The position numbers and the translations under genes are program-made. A stretch of DNA of 64,000 nt, from assembly GCF_009914755.1 (NCBI RefSeq), contig NC_060930.1; one strand, 5' to 3'. Position 1 is the first letter of the stretch. Each line of letters opens with the position of its first letter. The notes beneath the pieces were generated by a model, which worked only from the letters and a program-made list of their open reading frames with translations, did not search any database and was not told where the DNA came from. Positions 12,900 to 29,485 of the stretch are shown piece by piece. The DNA is from the human T2T-CHM13v2.0 reference genome, Homo sapiens.

Positions 12900-15550
12900 T
12901 AGACCCCTTTACTCAATGTAGAAAGTCATATGAAAAATAGACATCCATACTTGCCTAGAGAGAGGGAGTGAGAATTGGGTCCCAAACTCTCATAATTTTC
13001 TTGTCTTTCGGTGCTAATGCAGAAGCAGATGCCTCTAAAGGTGATCATTGAAACCTAATGGTCTCTTCAACCCTAAGGTTTTCCAAAGTTCATTTTAATT
13101 TACCATTTCCATGAGGTGCTGTATTCACTGTATTTTGCTCTACTTGTTCCCAGGTCCCACCTTAAATCCAGATTTACTTCCAGCCTCAACTTCAATTCAC
13201 TTTACCTCTCCTACTATCTTCTTCTCTTACCTAAATTTTGGCCTGTAGATTATCTTCCTCTAGAACCTAGAATAATAAATGATTTCTAATCTTGACTACA
13301 GTTCACCAACTGGAATCACCCTTGTAAAAGCAGCTAGGAAGCTTGTGAGGTTCCCCATGTTCCAAAGATCTCAAGGAACCTTTTCTCTTCCAGCTTCCAA
13401 CATTCTCTAGTACAACATGGCCTCCCAAGGACATACTCCCGTTAGCAATGAGCTCAGCCAAAGGACACACATAGACTCCCATGGCCCTCTGTCTTGAAAG
13501 GCCAATGCTGCAAGGATCTAAGGAAGGTTATGTGGAGACATCCAACAAGCTTCCATTTAAAAGACCCAGCAAAGTTTCAGTTAGGAAATGTTCTAGGGAA
13601 GTGTCTGAACATAGCCTACACAGGGGACCAAAAGATGTCTTCATCAATCCAGCCAATGAAGGGTCTGTGGTCTGTGCTGAGAAAGAGACAAAGAGTGAAG
13701 ACTTGCTGAGCAGCTCGAGGAATTTCTTACCAAAGGGCTCAAGGAAATACCAAGACCAGAAGCAACTAGAAAAAAAATGGAAATTATTCTTAGAAAGTAC
13801 ATTGGGGTAGATCAATCAGGGTAAGATTTGTCTGTGTATATGTTGTTCATGGATTGCTGCCATTTATACATCATCACTCTCTGGAATGCTCTAGACCCAC
13901 TTGAATACAAGAATTTGACACCTTGGATGGGTTGAGAATATCTCCTGAATATCTCTTAGAAGTTTCCTTCCTTAATGTGAGTAATTGACAAGTGCTGGAA
14001 GTCCATATTATGAGGTCAAATGAGGAAGGCATGGATCCTATCTCCCAAGATTATGTAACCTATTTGTACCTTTAAGTTGAGAATGGCTCTTTCTGGGGCC
14101 TTCCCCAGCTTGCCTTTTCTTCCACAGTTACCCATGTTCTGTGACTGATTCCAAGAAGCTGAGCACCCTTGTCTCACTTAGGCAAGTCAAGGATACTAGA
14201 CGATCTCTCCACCACCACTACCAAATTTTGTCCTTATCCTGGATAGTTCTCTATCTGATCTCTCACTTATAGGTAATCTGGTCCAGATGGTATCAAGACA
14301 GTCATCATTTCACATCGATCTTGAACTCCAAGAGGCCACTCAATTTAGGAAGGATATAAAACCAGCTTTCAGTCCTTTGCACCTGGCATTATGGAAATTC
14401 CTGGTAAGGGGAACTGTACTGATGGTCAATAGATGAAGTCCAGAGATGACAAGTCAAGCAATGGCAGAAAATTTTCCAAGGGATAAAAGTGGGAGTATAG
14501 CCGCAAGCGATGCCAGCCACGGAATTGCCAACACACGGACAAAAAAGAATGCTGCATATGAATTTAGGGATTTCTTCAAGGAGCAGAGTCCAGTGAAATA
14601 AACCAACTAAGAAATCTTCACTCCTCAATCACCATCAGGAGATACACTGGGATCCTGTAAACTGAAAACTCCCACAAGCCAATTTGGATCTGCACAGCTA
14701 CATAGTAACCAAAGAACACCCTCCACCAGAGAAAAGAAACAGCATATTCATACCATAAAGAGCAGCTTTCCGGTGAGTCAGATTGAAGATCCAGACTTAG
14801 AACCAGCCTCAGCTTTGTCCCACTGAGTAGCCCCTTGCCTTAGGCAACTTAACTTCCAAGGACTTAACAGTGCCATCCCAGGGCATGCCTAGGGAAGACA
14901 TGCCAGCTTCCCTGGTGCTGTTAAGTCTACACAGTGTCCATGTAAGCAGTCTGGGGCAGCTGGAGCTCCAGATCCCTAAACTCCAGCCCTCAGGAAAAAG
15001 TGAAGACAAGAATTTATCCCCAGTTTAAGTAAAAAAGAGACCTGGAGGACCCAAAGCAGGAAAGCATGGAGGAGGTGGTAATGTAGGGTTGCAAATTTCC
15101 CCTGACTAAAGAACCACGTGGCCCAAGCCAGGGGATTAGCAGGTAACTTATGAGCAAGATTTTCCAGTTCTACCTCAGAAATGACAAGTTACTCAAGAAA
15201 GTCACATGGAAAATGGATGAAGGAGCTTTTTCAGTGCCTTCATACCATGAAAAAAGGCAAAGGAAAGGAAGCCCCACTCAGGAAACCAAGTTGTCGATGT
15301 CAGCCTCTGTGAATTGAAGAGCCCAAGTCCAAAAGGGAATGAAGCTGTCTTTATGCACAGGGGGAGATTCAAGTTCAGGAGCTCATGACAGCCACTGACC
15401 AGAGCCAAGGAAAGAAACTGGGGTATAGGGTTAGACTTTGTGCCTGAGAGGAAAATCAATACATGGGAGAACTCCAGCCCAGGCAGAGCCTCTAAAGGGA
15501 CATTCCTGAGACTGCAGGGATCTCTCATATTCAGAGCAAGGAAAAGTGGT
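12900..15550 (+). pseudogene. SPATA31/FAM75-family pseudogene, large terminal exon remnant
   Basis: Colinear family motifs across shifting frames: VHQLESPL*KQL and FQRSQGTF (13301-13390); KGQCCKDLRK..FHL..LGNVLGK; QKQLEK..LG*INQGKI..SWIAA (13757-13861); SFLNVSN*QVLEVHIMR (13965-14015); EDMPASLVL (14894); GKWMKELFQCLHTMKKGKGKE (15208); VQELMTA (15373). Many stops and frameshifts; boundaries approximate. Confidence 0.85.
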
Positions 15551-15723
15551 AAGTGCCATGTTCTACACTCAATGAACTGTTTCCGATGGTCATTATTAAA
15601 TTTCTCATTAATAATTTTTATATTGATCACATGCTGAAATTATAATTATCCAAGCAGGGGCAGAGGGAAGGACAGACATCTTTAAAAAAATCTGAAGATT
15701 CAGGCATCAGCAGCTATGTCTAG

Positions 15724-15988
<265 letters not shown>

Positions 15989-16273
15989 AGGCTGTCTCTT
16001 TTTACGCCCATGTCTCTGCAAGCACATCGAATATCTTAAGCCACCTTGAACTGCTCAAGTTGCTGTCTTCAGGGATGTCTCTTCAATTCAGTCAGCAAGT
16101 CTCTCAAGCTCTTCCAGGGAGCAATAATTTTCTCAAAGAAAAAATTTAGTCCACGCTGAGAAAATGTATTATCTCTCATGTAGGTAAATTACACAATGCT
16201 TAATTTCAGTAACTTATTTTAATATTTAAATTATAAGCATCATAACTGTTACATGACTGGCTAAGAAGGATGT

Positions 16274-16385
16274 TGTGTGTGTATATGTATTCACACACAT
16301 ATACATATTTACATAAAGATAGAAATATATATTTGTATTTATACATAAACCAATACATAAATATATTAATATATATAAAGATTTT

Positions 16386-16421
<36 letters not shown>

Positions 16422-16424
16422 CAC
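16274..16424. repeat. (TG)n(TA)n microsatellite and AT-rich low complexity
   Basis: Direct reading, pure tract ~16387-16421. Confidence 0.9.
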
Positions 16425-16720
16425 AGAAACAGCAAGAAAAAGAGACTTCAAATGTATTGTACATGCATGTTTGCATTAAACAAACATGACTGTTTTTTAA
16501 AATATAAAGAGCACAATAAGTTTTAGTGAAATATTACAAAGTAGATGGGAAAAATTCAGAATCCTTAATCATAGATGTGATTCAAAACAACTGAATGTTA
16601 TTTCTACATATAATTCTAACTAGTTTTGTTAGAGAATGGGTTATATTAAAGAGATAACGTTAACGTGCTTTCTCATTTCCCAGTTTACAATAATTTGAGA
16701 GCGCAAGATCATATTTACAT

Positions 16721-16863
16721 TCATTTTATTTACTAAAAACTATCTCTGATAAAATTTAATTAGCATATTTAGAAATCTCCCACTGCAGGGAAAAAAAAAA
16801 CCTGTGGCTATAGAAAAGTATTTAAATATAATAGTTATTGAACTGACTAAGAATAAGACTTGG
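16721..16863 (+). repeat. Local direct duplication, copy 1 (copy 2 at 18445-18594)
   Basis: Shared ACTAAAAAC..CTGATAAAATTTAATTA..ATATTTAGAAATCTCCCACTGCA..(A)nCCTGTGGC..AAGTATTTAAATATAA..TGACTAAGAATAA. Confidence 0.92.
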
Positions 16864-16888
16864 GATAGTTGAATTGCTCTGTATACTA

Positions 16889-17072
16889 ATGATACTGAAG
16901 AGCTGGCTCTTTGTTTGGAGGGGTCTTAGCGCACCATGGCTGAGCTCAAGCTTCACTTCCAGTGGCATTGATTCCAGCTTCCTGTGTCCAGTAGCTCTCC
17001 CCTTTCTGTTCCCCTCCTACTGACAGAGGAATCTACTCTTACTTGTATTTGGAAAATGGAGGCACAAATCAG
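16889..17072 (+). pseudogene. SPATA31-like exon-1 remnant, copy B
   Basis: ATG frame MILKSWLFVWRGLSAPWLSSSFTSSGIDSSFLCPVALPFLFPSY*QRNLLLLVFGKWRHKS ending at CAG|GTAAGG; resembles SPATA31 N-termini (SATWLSPSST, then hydrophobic segment, then basic stretch); one in-frame stop. Confidence 0.6.
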
Positions 17073-17212
17073 GTAAGGAAATCCTGCATTCACATCCAGC
17101 AAAATTTACTCTATTTTCCTGTTCCTCTTGACATTTCTAAATCCATTTTGTTGTTTCAGAAGTACACTCAGATGGGAACTCTAAGAGGAATAGAAGATCA
17201 CCTTTTTAGAGC

Positions 17213-17510
17213 TGCTGTGTCCAAGAAGGTGTCCACCACCCATATGGGATTGTTGAGCACTTCAAATGTGACTAGTCCTAATTGAGATAATGTTGGAACT
17301 GTCAAATGTGCAATATATTTCAAAGATTTAATATAAAAATTTAAATTTCTAATTTTTATGTTGATTAGATGTTGAAATTAGTATTGTGTTACATAGACTA
17401 CATCACTAAAACTAATTTCCTGCATTTCTTTATATTCTTTTTAATGTGACAACTGGAAATTTTAAAATTAAATATGTGGTTTTATTTTTTATGTTTTTTC
17501 AACAGCACTG
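17213..17510. mobile_element. MER33-like hAT-Charlie DNA transposon
   Basis: TTGAGCACTTCAAATGTGACTAGTCCTAATTGAGAT ... GAAATTTTAAAATTAAATATGTGG ... ACAGCACTG. Confidence 0.7.
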
Positions 17511-18444
17511 AAGTCATTTATAAAGTAAGAACTACAAATGACAAGACACACAAAAAATGTTATCTTCACAGTTAAACTAGGTAAAAATAACATAAGTTTC
17601 AAGATATGAAAAATATTAATGCCGATTAATAAGGAGATGTTTATACATTACTGATGAGATTATAAATTGTTAAAATATTTCTGAAAAGAAATGGAAGTAA
17701 ATTCAGCAGCCTTTAAAAAACTAACTCCTTTTTTACCAAATAACTACAACTAGGAGATGCTTCTAAAGAAATAGGTTGAAATACACAGAATTATGTACAA
17801 AGATGTCAGTTATAGTTTTATCTCAGAAACATATTACAACAATCTATGTTATTAAAAACACGGGAATATTTAGAGTTTACTCACATGATATAATATCCAT
17901 ATTCTTGTCACAGTACATTTGTAATACTAGTAATACATATTCATGTATTGAAATACAAAAATATAATCATGCTGATATGTTAGTGTGGTTAACATTTGTT
18001 TTCTTTTTTCTTTTATACTGGTTTGTTTTTACAGACTTTCTAAAATTGAGCATGGATTATAGAAAGTGAAGAAAAACAGACCAAGATGGGTGTGGTATGT
18101 AGCAGTTTCATTCAACAGTCTCTATATTTTTTCCCTTTCAAATTTCCTAAACCTAGAAATGTCTTAAATAGGTATGTGGATGGTTTGCATAATTTCTTTT
18201 GAACTCATTTTCTTTCATCTCTCCCTACTTTTTTCCTACCAAAGCAAGTCGTTACTGAAGAACATTTTAATCACAGATAAGCTCTCAAATGTTTCTTTGA
18301 AAACATCAATGTTAATTTTAAAATAAATGCTTTTCATCTCTCTTATTTAGATGTTAACATGTCTGTGATATTTTTGATTGATATAAAAACAATCAGCTCA
18401 CTAAATTTACATATTTTATCTCCAACTCTCATCTTAATTTATCT

Positions 18445-18594
18445 TCATTTCATTAACTAAAAACTGTATATCTGATAAAATTTAATTAATATATTTAGAA
18501 ATCTCCCACTGCATGAAAAAAAAAAAACCTGTGGCCGTAGATAAGTATTTAAATATAACAATAGTTATTTAATTGACTAAGAATAAAAACTTAG
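18445..18594 (+). repeat. Local direct duplication, copy 2 of 16721-16863
   Basis: Visual alignment, roughly 85-90% identical. Confidence 0.92.
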
Positions 18595-19399
18595 GTTGAT
18601 CAATAGCAGCACCGAGAAATACAGGTCAAGATATTTCTAACTAGTCTCCGATGTTGACCAAGAATAAACTTAAATATCTGGTTCTTGCTTTTTAATTGAT
18701 TTAGAGTAGAAAGAAATGTTATAATAATCTAGCTTATTCCTCTTATTCCAAAATTTCTATTTTGCTAATATTGGCTCTGTCATCCTTGGTTATCCTTGGA
18801 GAAATGCTATCAGAGTTGATCATCACAGCTATGGCACACAAGGCCAGATTTAAAATTGACTTATTGTGGCAGAGGATCTGTGAGTTCAAAATTTGCTTGA
18901 AGACAAAGGTCATTTCAAAATCACTGAGTAGGATTCAAGTTTTCTGCATGAGATAACCAAACGAAGGTTATGTGGTTATTCTCGGACTCCCAGAGAAACT
19001 TAGAATGAATATAAATTGGAAAAGGCCCAGGTGAACATGTATTTGCATACCTTTTTGATTGTTGTGATAGCAAGTGCTTGCCTATCATTTTCCGCACATT
19101 TCTTAATGACATTGCTCTTGAGCAATACATGGCTTTGGTACTATGTGACATTTAAGTCCAACCACAGCTCTAGCCCTACAAGGTAATAAGTTAAGCAGTA
19201 AGACAACAGACAACCATCATAATTATACTGGCATCCTTGACAACTGGCACAGTGTCTATAGTAGGCACTCAACTAACGCTATTATTCCCTAATGCATAAT
19301 ATTAAAAATCATATAAACAGTCCTTCAAAAAGCAATGTTCGGGAAAATATTATCAAGCCCACAAGTTGGTGGAATTATACAATAGCTACATTTCTTAAA

Positions 19400-20810
19400 G
19401 AAGATGTTACACATAATAAAATCCATTTAAGTGCACAGTTCAATAAGATTTGGCAATGTGTATACTCATGCCATAAATTTCCTTCAAAACACTGATTTAA
19501 CATTATTGCAATTATTTTGTTTTGTTGTGACTTAATTCCATGCAATTCAAAGTACTTCTTAATTTGTCTTGTGATTTCCTCTTCAACCCATGACTTTCTT
19601 TTAATATCTAAGATAGCTTCCTGGTTTTTATTTCTAATTTAATTTTCTTGTGGACAAATTACATATTCTATATAAGTTCTTGTAAATGTATTGAATTTTG
19701 TTTTATTTCTTTGAACACAGTCTAGTTTTTCTTAATGTTCCATGTCACCTGAAAAGAACGTACTTTCTTATTTTTGTACTGTTCTGTAAATATCAATTAG
19801 GTCACGTTGGTAGTGTTGTTTAAAGTTTGCTATCCTCTTATTGAGTTTTCTGTTGACTCAGAACTTCAATTACTGAGCTGGCATGTTGAAATCTCCATAT
19901 ACAACTGTGGTTTCATTTATTTTTCCTTTCAGTTCTCTCAGCACTTGTTTCACACATTTAGTAGTTCTGTTACAGGTGCATATCTGCTTAGGATTAGTAT
20001 GTTTTCTTGATGAATGGTCCTTTTCATCATTTTTATACATTAAACTTTATCCTTGGTAATATTTGTATCCTGTGGTATGATTTATGTACCAGACCAACTT
20101 TGTCATGATTAGTAGGTGGAGATTATATAATTTCCCATCCTCTTGCTTTTAAATTATCGGCATGCTTATGTTTAAAATGCATTTCTTATAGGAAGCAGAG
20201 GTGTATTTTGTTTTTGTTTTTTTATCCAGTCTGACAATTTATTCTGCCTTTTAACTGGACGATTTAGTTCATTTACCTTCAGTGTAATTATTGATAATGG
20301 TTGTATTTAGGTCCAGCATATTGCTATTTAAAAATCTGTTCCATCTGTTTTTTGTTTCTTTCCCCTGCCCAAACTGCTTACATTCATTTGTTTTAATTGA
20401 GTACTTGAATCAAATTTTGGCCATATTAGTATACATCTCTATATTCTTATTTTTGCTGGCTACTCTGAAATTTACAGTAGCAATCCTAACTCATTACAGT
20501 ACACCTTCAAATATGTCATCTCATGTATGATGTAAAATTCTACAACAGCACACTTAATTTTCCCACTTCCAGACTCTATGCTGTTACTGCAATACATTTT
20601 ACTTTTACATATACTATAAAAATCATAGTATATATTATTTTTAAGTAGTCATGTTTTTACTTTTAGAATTACTATATAGAATTGACTTCATTTTAAGTGC
20701 ACAGTTGCATGGATTTTAACACGTGTATAGTTGTGTAACTACCACCTTAACTGGAATACAGAGAAATTCCAAATAAAAATTCCTTTTGCTACCCATTTGC
20801 ATATATACCC
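19400..20810 (-). mobile_element. Ancient L1M fragments (several)
   Basis: T-rich antisense L1 endonuclease-region and 3'UTR motifs (TTAAGTGCACAGTT, TTATCCAGTCTGACAAT, TTAGGATTAGTATGTTTTCTTGATGAAT). Confidence 0.6.
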
Positions 20811-21345
20811 TGTGACAGTGTCAACTTGTGTCAACTTGACTTCACTGGGTACTCCGACATTTGGTCAAATATCACTCTAGGTGTGTCTGTGAGCCTAATT
20901 CTGGATGAGATTTATATTTGAACCAGCAGACTGCCTAAAGCACGTTGCTCTCCTGGTGTGGGTGGGTCTTATCCAATCAGTAGCAGGCCTGAACAGAATG
21001 AAAAGGCTTATCTTCTCCTAAGAGAGAATTTCCTCCTGCCTAACCAACTTTGAACTGGATCATCATATTTTTTTCTGGCTTCAAAACTGAACTGAAATAC
21101 TGGCTCTTCCTGAATCTCACATCAGCCTGCCTTCAAATCAGAACTGTATCACTGGCTCTCCTCAGGCCTTGGGAGTCAAACTGGAACTACATCATTGGCT
21201 CTCCTGGGTCTCTAGCTTGCCAAACCCTGAAGATCTTGGGACTTTTAAGCTTCCATAATCATGGGCTACTTTTAATTCCTTATTGTAAATCTCTTTCCAT
21301 GTATATGTTCATCCTATTGGTTCTGTTTCTTTGGAGAACCCTATT
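20811..21345 (+). mobile_element. MLT2-family (ERVL) solo LTR
   Basis: TGTGTCAACTTGAC..ACATTTGGTCAAA..GGTGTGTCTGTGAG..ATCCAATCAG.. and terminal CCTATTGGTTCTGTTTCTTTGGAGAACCCT. Confidence 0.85.
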
Positions 21346-21349
21346 TCCT

Positions 21350-22160
<811 letters not shown>

Positions 22161-25100
22161 TGATCTGTTCTGTGCTGCAATTTGTGTATTTCCTATTACA
22201 ATGTATTTGAATTCACTGATGTTTTACTTGCAGTGTCTAATCACCTCATAAGACCATTCCATCAATTTTTTATTTAAAACATTTCATTTTTCATCCCCAG
22301 AAATTCCATTTGGGTGATTCTCACATTCTACTTTCTCTGCTTGTTTTGTTTACATTTTACTTTAAATATTTATACTTAATTATCATAGCTGTTTTAATGT
22401 TAACTTCATATTCTGTCGTTTCCAGGTCTGTTTCTAATGGCTGATATTTCTCCTGGATAGTGGGCACCTTTTCCTGTTTCTTTGCATGTATATGAATTTT
22501 TCTTGGAGGCTGGAAATTGTGAACATTGTGTTGTTCAGTGTTCCAACTTTGTTTCCTCCTTTTAAAGAATGTTGTACTTTATTTGGTTAGTTTTTAAAGC
22601 TTGTTTTCATGATTTGTTTTGGCTTGTTTGAAACATCTGTTAGAATAAAGAGTAACCCCTAATCTAGGTATAGTTAAGCCCTAAGACTAAGATGTGACCC
22701 TTTGTTATCTCTACTGAAAGCCCAAGTGTTCAGTGGATTCTCTACTATGGCTGGTTGGAACTCAAACACCTTCTTGCCCTTATGTAAGTCTTAGTAATGT
22801 TTTAACTTATACCTTTCTAGTAGTTGTATTTTTGCACATTTTGTGAAGTTTCAGCCTAAAGTTGTGCAGCTTGGTATTCTGAAACATTTTCTCTGTATAA
22901 CTTCCACCTCTTTAATATTCCACCACACCTCAACCTTCTCCAATGGAACTACCTATCGGCCAGCATCTGACAACAGCTGGCTCATATATTTTACTCAATT
23001 TTTTAGTTGTTTATGACAGGAAGACAAGTCTGAATGATACCAGTTACTCCAATCTGGCTGGAAATGGTTGCTACTAATAGCTACTGTTTGGTCCAAGAAA
23101 AATATCATCAAGGCTTGAAAAATCCCTGAAAATATGATACAACTTTTTAAAAGGAGGACATATCAATAACTTCATACCTACAGAAAATGAGTCATTTTCT
23201 TTAAAAGCTAAAATTGAAAAATCTAGTTAATATATGTGTGTATTCTGATTAAAGGAAACAATACAGTAAGTTTAGAATTTTTTCAAGAGCTTACCTTTGA
23301 AATTTAAGATTCCACTTGGTATCACAGAAAACAGGACTTTATTAAGCAGTTGCAAATTTTGGGAACAATATTTATTTCATTCTGAGAGTCTATGATTTAG
23401 AATTCCTCTTACAATGTGATTACTGGGTCTATGCGGTGGCTATCCAAAAGCTCTTACTTAGTCAAGGTCTGCAAAAAACCTGCACAATATGCTGATCCCC
23501 TTGATGAGCCCCAGCAAGAAGAGAAATCTGAGTGATCATAAACAAATGACATGGATTTATTTCAAGTAACAGGGATGAACACCATATTTATTTGTGAAGT
23601 ACTTGAGTGTCCTTCTGGTTTGCTACATGTTCTGCCTAGGAAAATAAACACATGCAACAGCCACATTCCTTTCTCATTAGGATAAAGATTGGAGGGAGAA
23701 AAAGGAATACGAAGACCTTCAGGCTTTTAAAACAAATGTTATTTATTGCCACAAACATAAAGGTATTTACTTTTACCAAATTCTTTCATCTTTTCAAATA
23801 ACCTGTACAAGCTACCTGCCTTTAAACATGGATATTTTTAAATAAAACCACAAGACCCTATTTGACTATTTACTTGCAAATGGTTAACTTGTTTTTCAAG
23901 ATACTTGCTTCAAAGCATTTGCAATGCTTTTTCATTTTACCTGTACTTAATTTTAAATCATTAATATTCTTATAAAAATGGTTAATGCTTTCTAGGCTCA
24001 TAATGTAACTTTTTGTATGGTTATCCTTTACTCATATTTCAAAAATGCATTAAACTTTAATTTTACATTTGCTAGGTCATTGTTCAAGATGACAAGCCAC
24101 TAAACACATTTTTTATTTATTTGTATTATAGAACTTAAACTGGCTTTCCACTGTGAACATGAACAAAACAAAAACAAAAAACTGATATTCTTATTTCCCT
24201 TGAAAAAAATATAATTTCTTTTGGAACACTATTCAAGTAAAATAAATCTTCCACTTGTCTCAAATAAACCAATTGAATAAGTACATTCTCTGCAGTATAA
24301 TTTACAATAGCCTTAAAACAACTTTCCATTGTCTCAATGCTAAAAATGAATTAGTCATAGCTTGGAAGTTGGCTAAGTATGACCCAGTTAGTGTCACAGC
24401 ATGAGGCAGTCTGAGAAAAGTCAGTATCTTAGACTGACCTGGCCCATTGGAAAGCTGCAGGAGGTAGGGAGATATCCTCAGCTGCAGATGTCGAGAGGTA
24501 TTCGACTCTGCCAGAAGGATTTGTTCAGGAGACTACGCAATGCAGTGAGCATCAGGAAATCTCATACAGAGCCACATAGTTGCCAACACAGCAGGCACGT
24601 AGAAATAGAGGCACCGATGCTAAAGAATGTAAGAGCAGATGAAACAAGTGCCAGCACATACACCATAAGCACTGTCTTCCTTTTGGAAGTTCACCTGGCA
24701 TTACCAAGGGGAGCACAGAGGCAGGGTTTGAAAGGTAACAATCCAGTTATATGACCTGGAGCAGATTGAAAATGGAACCCAAGTTGAAACTGCAGTAGAT
24801 ATACAGGGTACCTTTATGTTGACTCCAACTGTGGAGGTTAATAAAGTTGTTAAAATTGTTGCTATAAAATATTGGAATTAACCCTAGAGTCTGGGACAAT
24901 CAAGGCTGGGTGGTCATCAGAATAGAACGAACCAGAATAACTACAGCCAGCATTCTACGTTACTAGTACCTGTAACCAAGGTTTAGAATATATAACACAT
25001 TACATGGATCAATACACTGAACTGCAAAAGTAACTTACTGTAAAAAAAAGAAGGTCATCCCCTATAAAAGTGTCTCTTCATAGGCTAAGTTTGCATGTTA

Positions 25101-25224
25101 TAGAGACTTTACCTGACAACTGAGATAGTTATTAGTAAACACGGCCATCTAACTCTGCTGCATAAACACAAAGTGGTTTTTTCTAGGAATAAAAATTATA
25201 TAATATAAAAACAATAACTTTGGA

Positions 25225-25460
25225 TATGAAGCACTTACTATGGACCACATACATTGCCATAAAATTTATATTTTTAATATCATTTTAATGCTCTGAACTG
25301 CTTTTGAAATAGATGATACTCCTAACTTAAAGATTGCCAATAGGGTCTTACAAAATTTAAAATCCTGTCAATAGTCACAAAACTAACAAAATTAGACCCA
25401 GAATTTGAATCTGACCTTATATTTAAACACCAAAGTTGATATTCTTAAGCTCTAAGCTCC
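25225..25460 (-). mobile_element. MIR remnant
   Basis: GCACTTACTATG...AGTCACA..CCAGAATTTGAATC pattern. Confidence 0.45.
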
Positions 25461-25779
25461 TAAATCCTTCAAAATGAATAAATGACAGAATGAATACTAC
25501 CTATCATTTATTAAATGTCTACTGTCATGTACCTTACATGTTCTAAATGAGTTTTAGATTAGATTGAGAAAAAATGAATTATGTCTTGAATATGACTATT
25601 AGAATAATAAGTATCACATGGTCAATAATTAAAAGTATATAAAATGTTCTGAACCATAAATAGTTCAAACCCAGAAATAGCTGCTCTCTTTCCTTTTGCA
25701 TGTTGTCAAGTAAACTGAGGGTCAATTATATACAGAATTTTGGGTTTCAAAGATAGAAAAACTAAATTGAGAGGGCAAT

Positions 25780-29485
<3,706 letters not shown>

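Noticed and set aside
13481-13810. 109-aa ORF as a functional CDS
   Set aside because: It spans frameshifted pieces of the SPATA31-like pseudogene; homology switches frames within it
24401-24754. 117-aa ORF and small hairpin GCAGATGTCGA...TCGACTCTGC (~24484-24511)
   Set aside because: No recognisable homology or splice context; stem too short and imperfect for an RNA gene call
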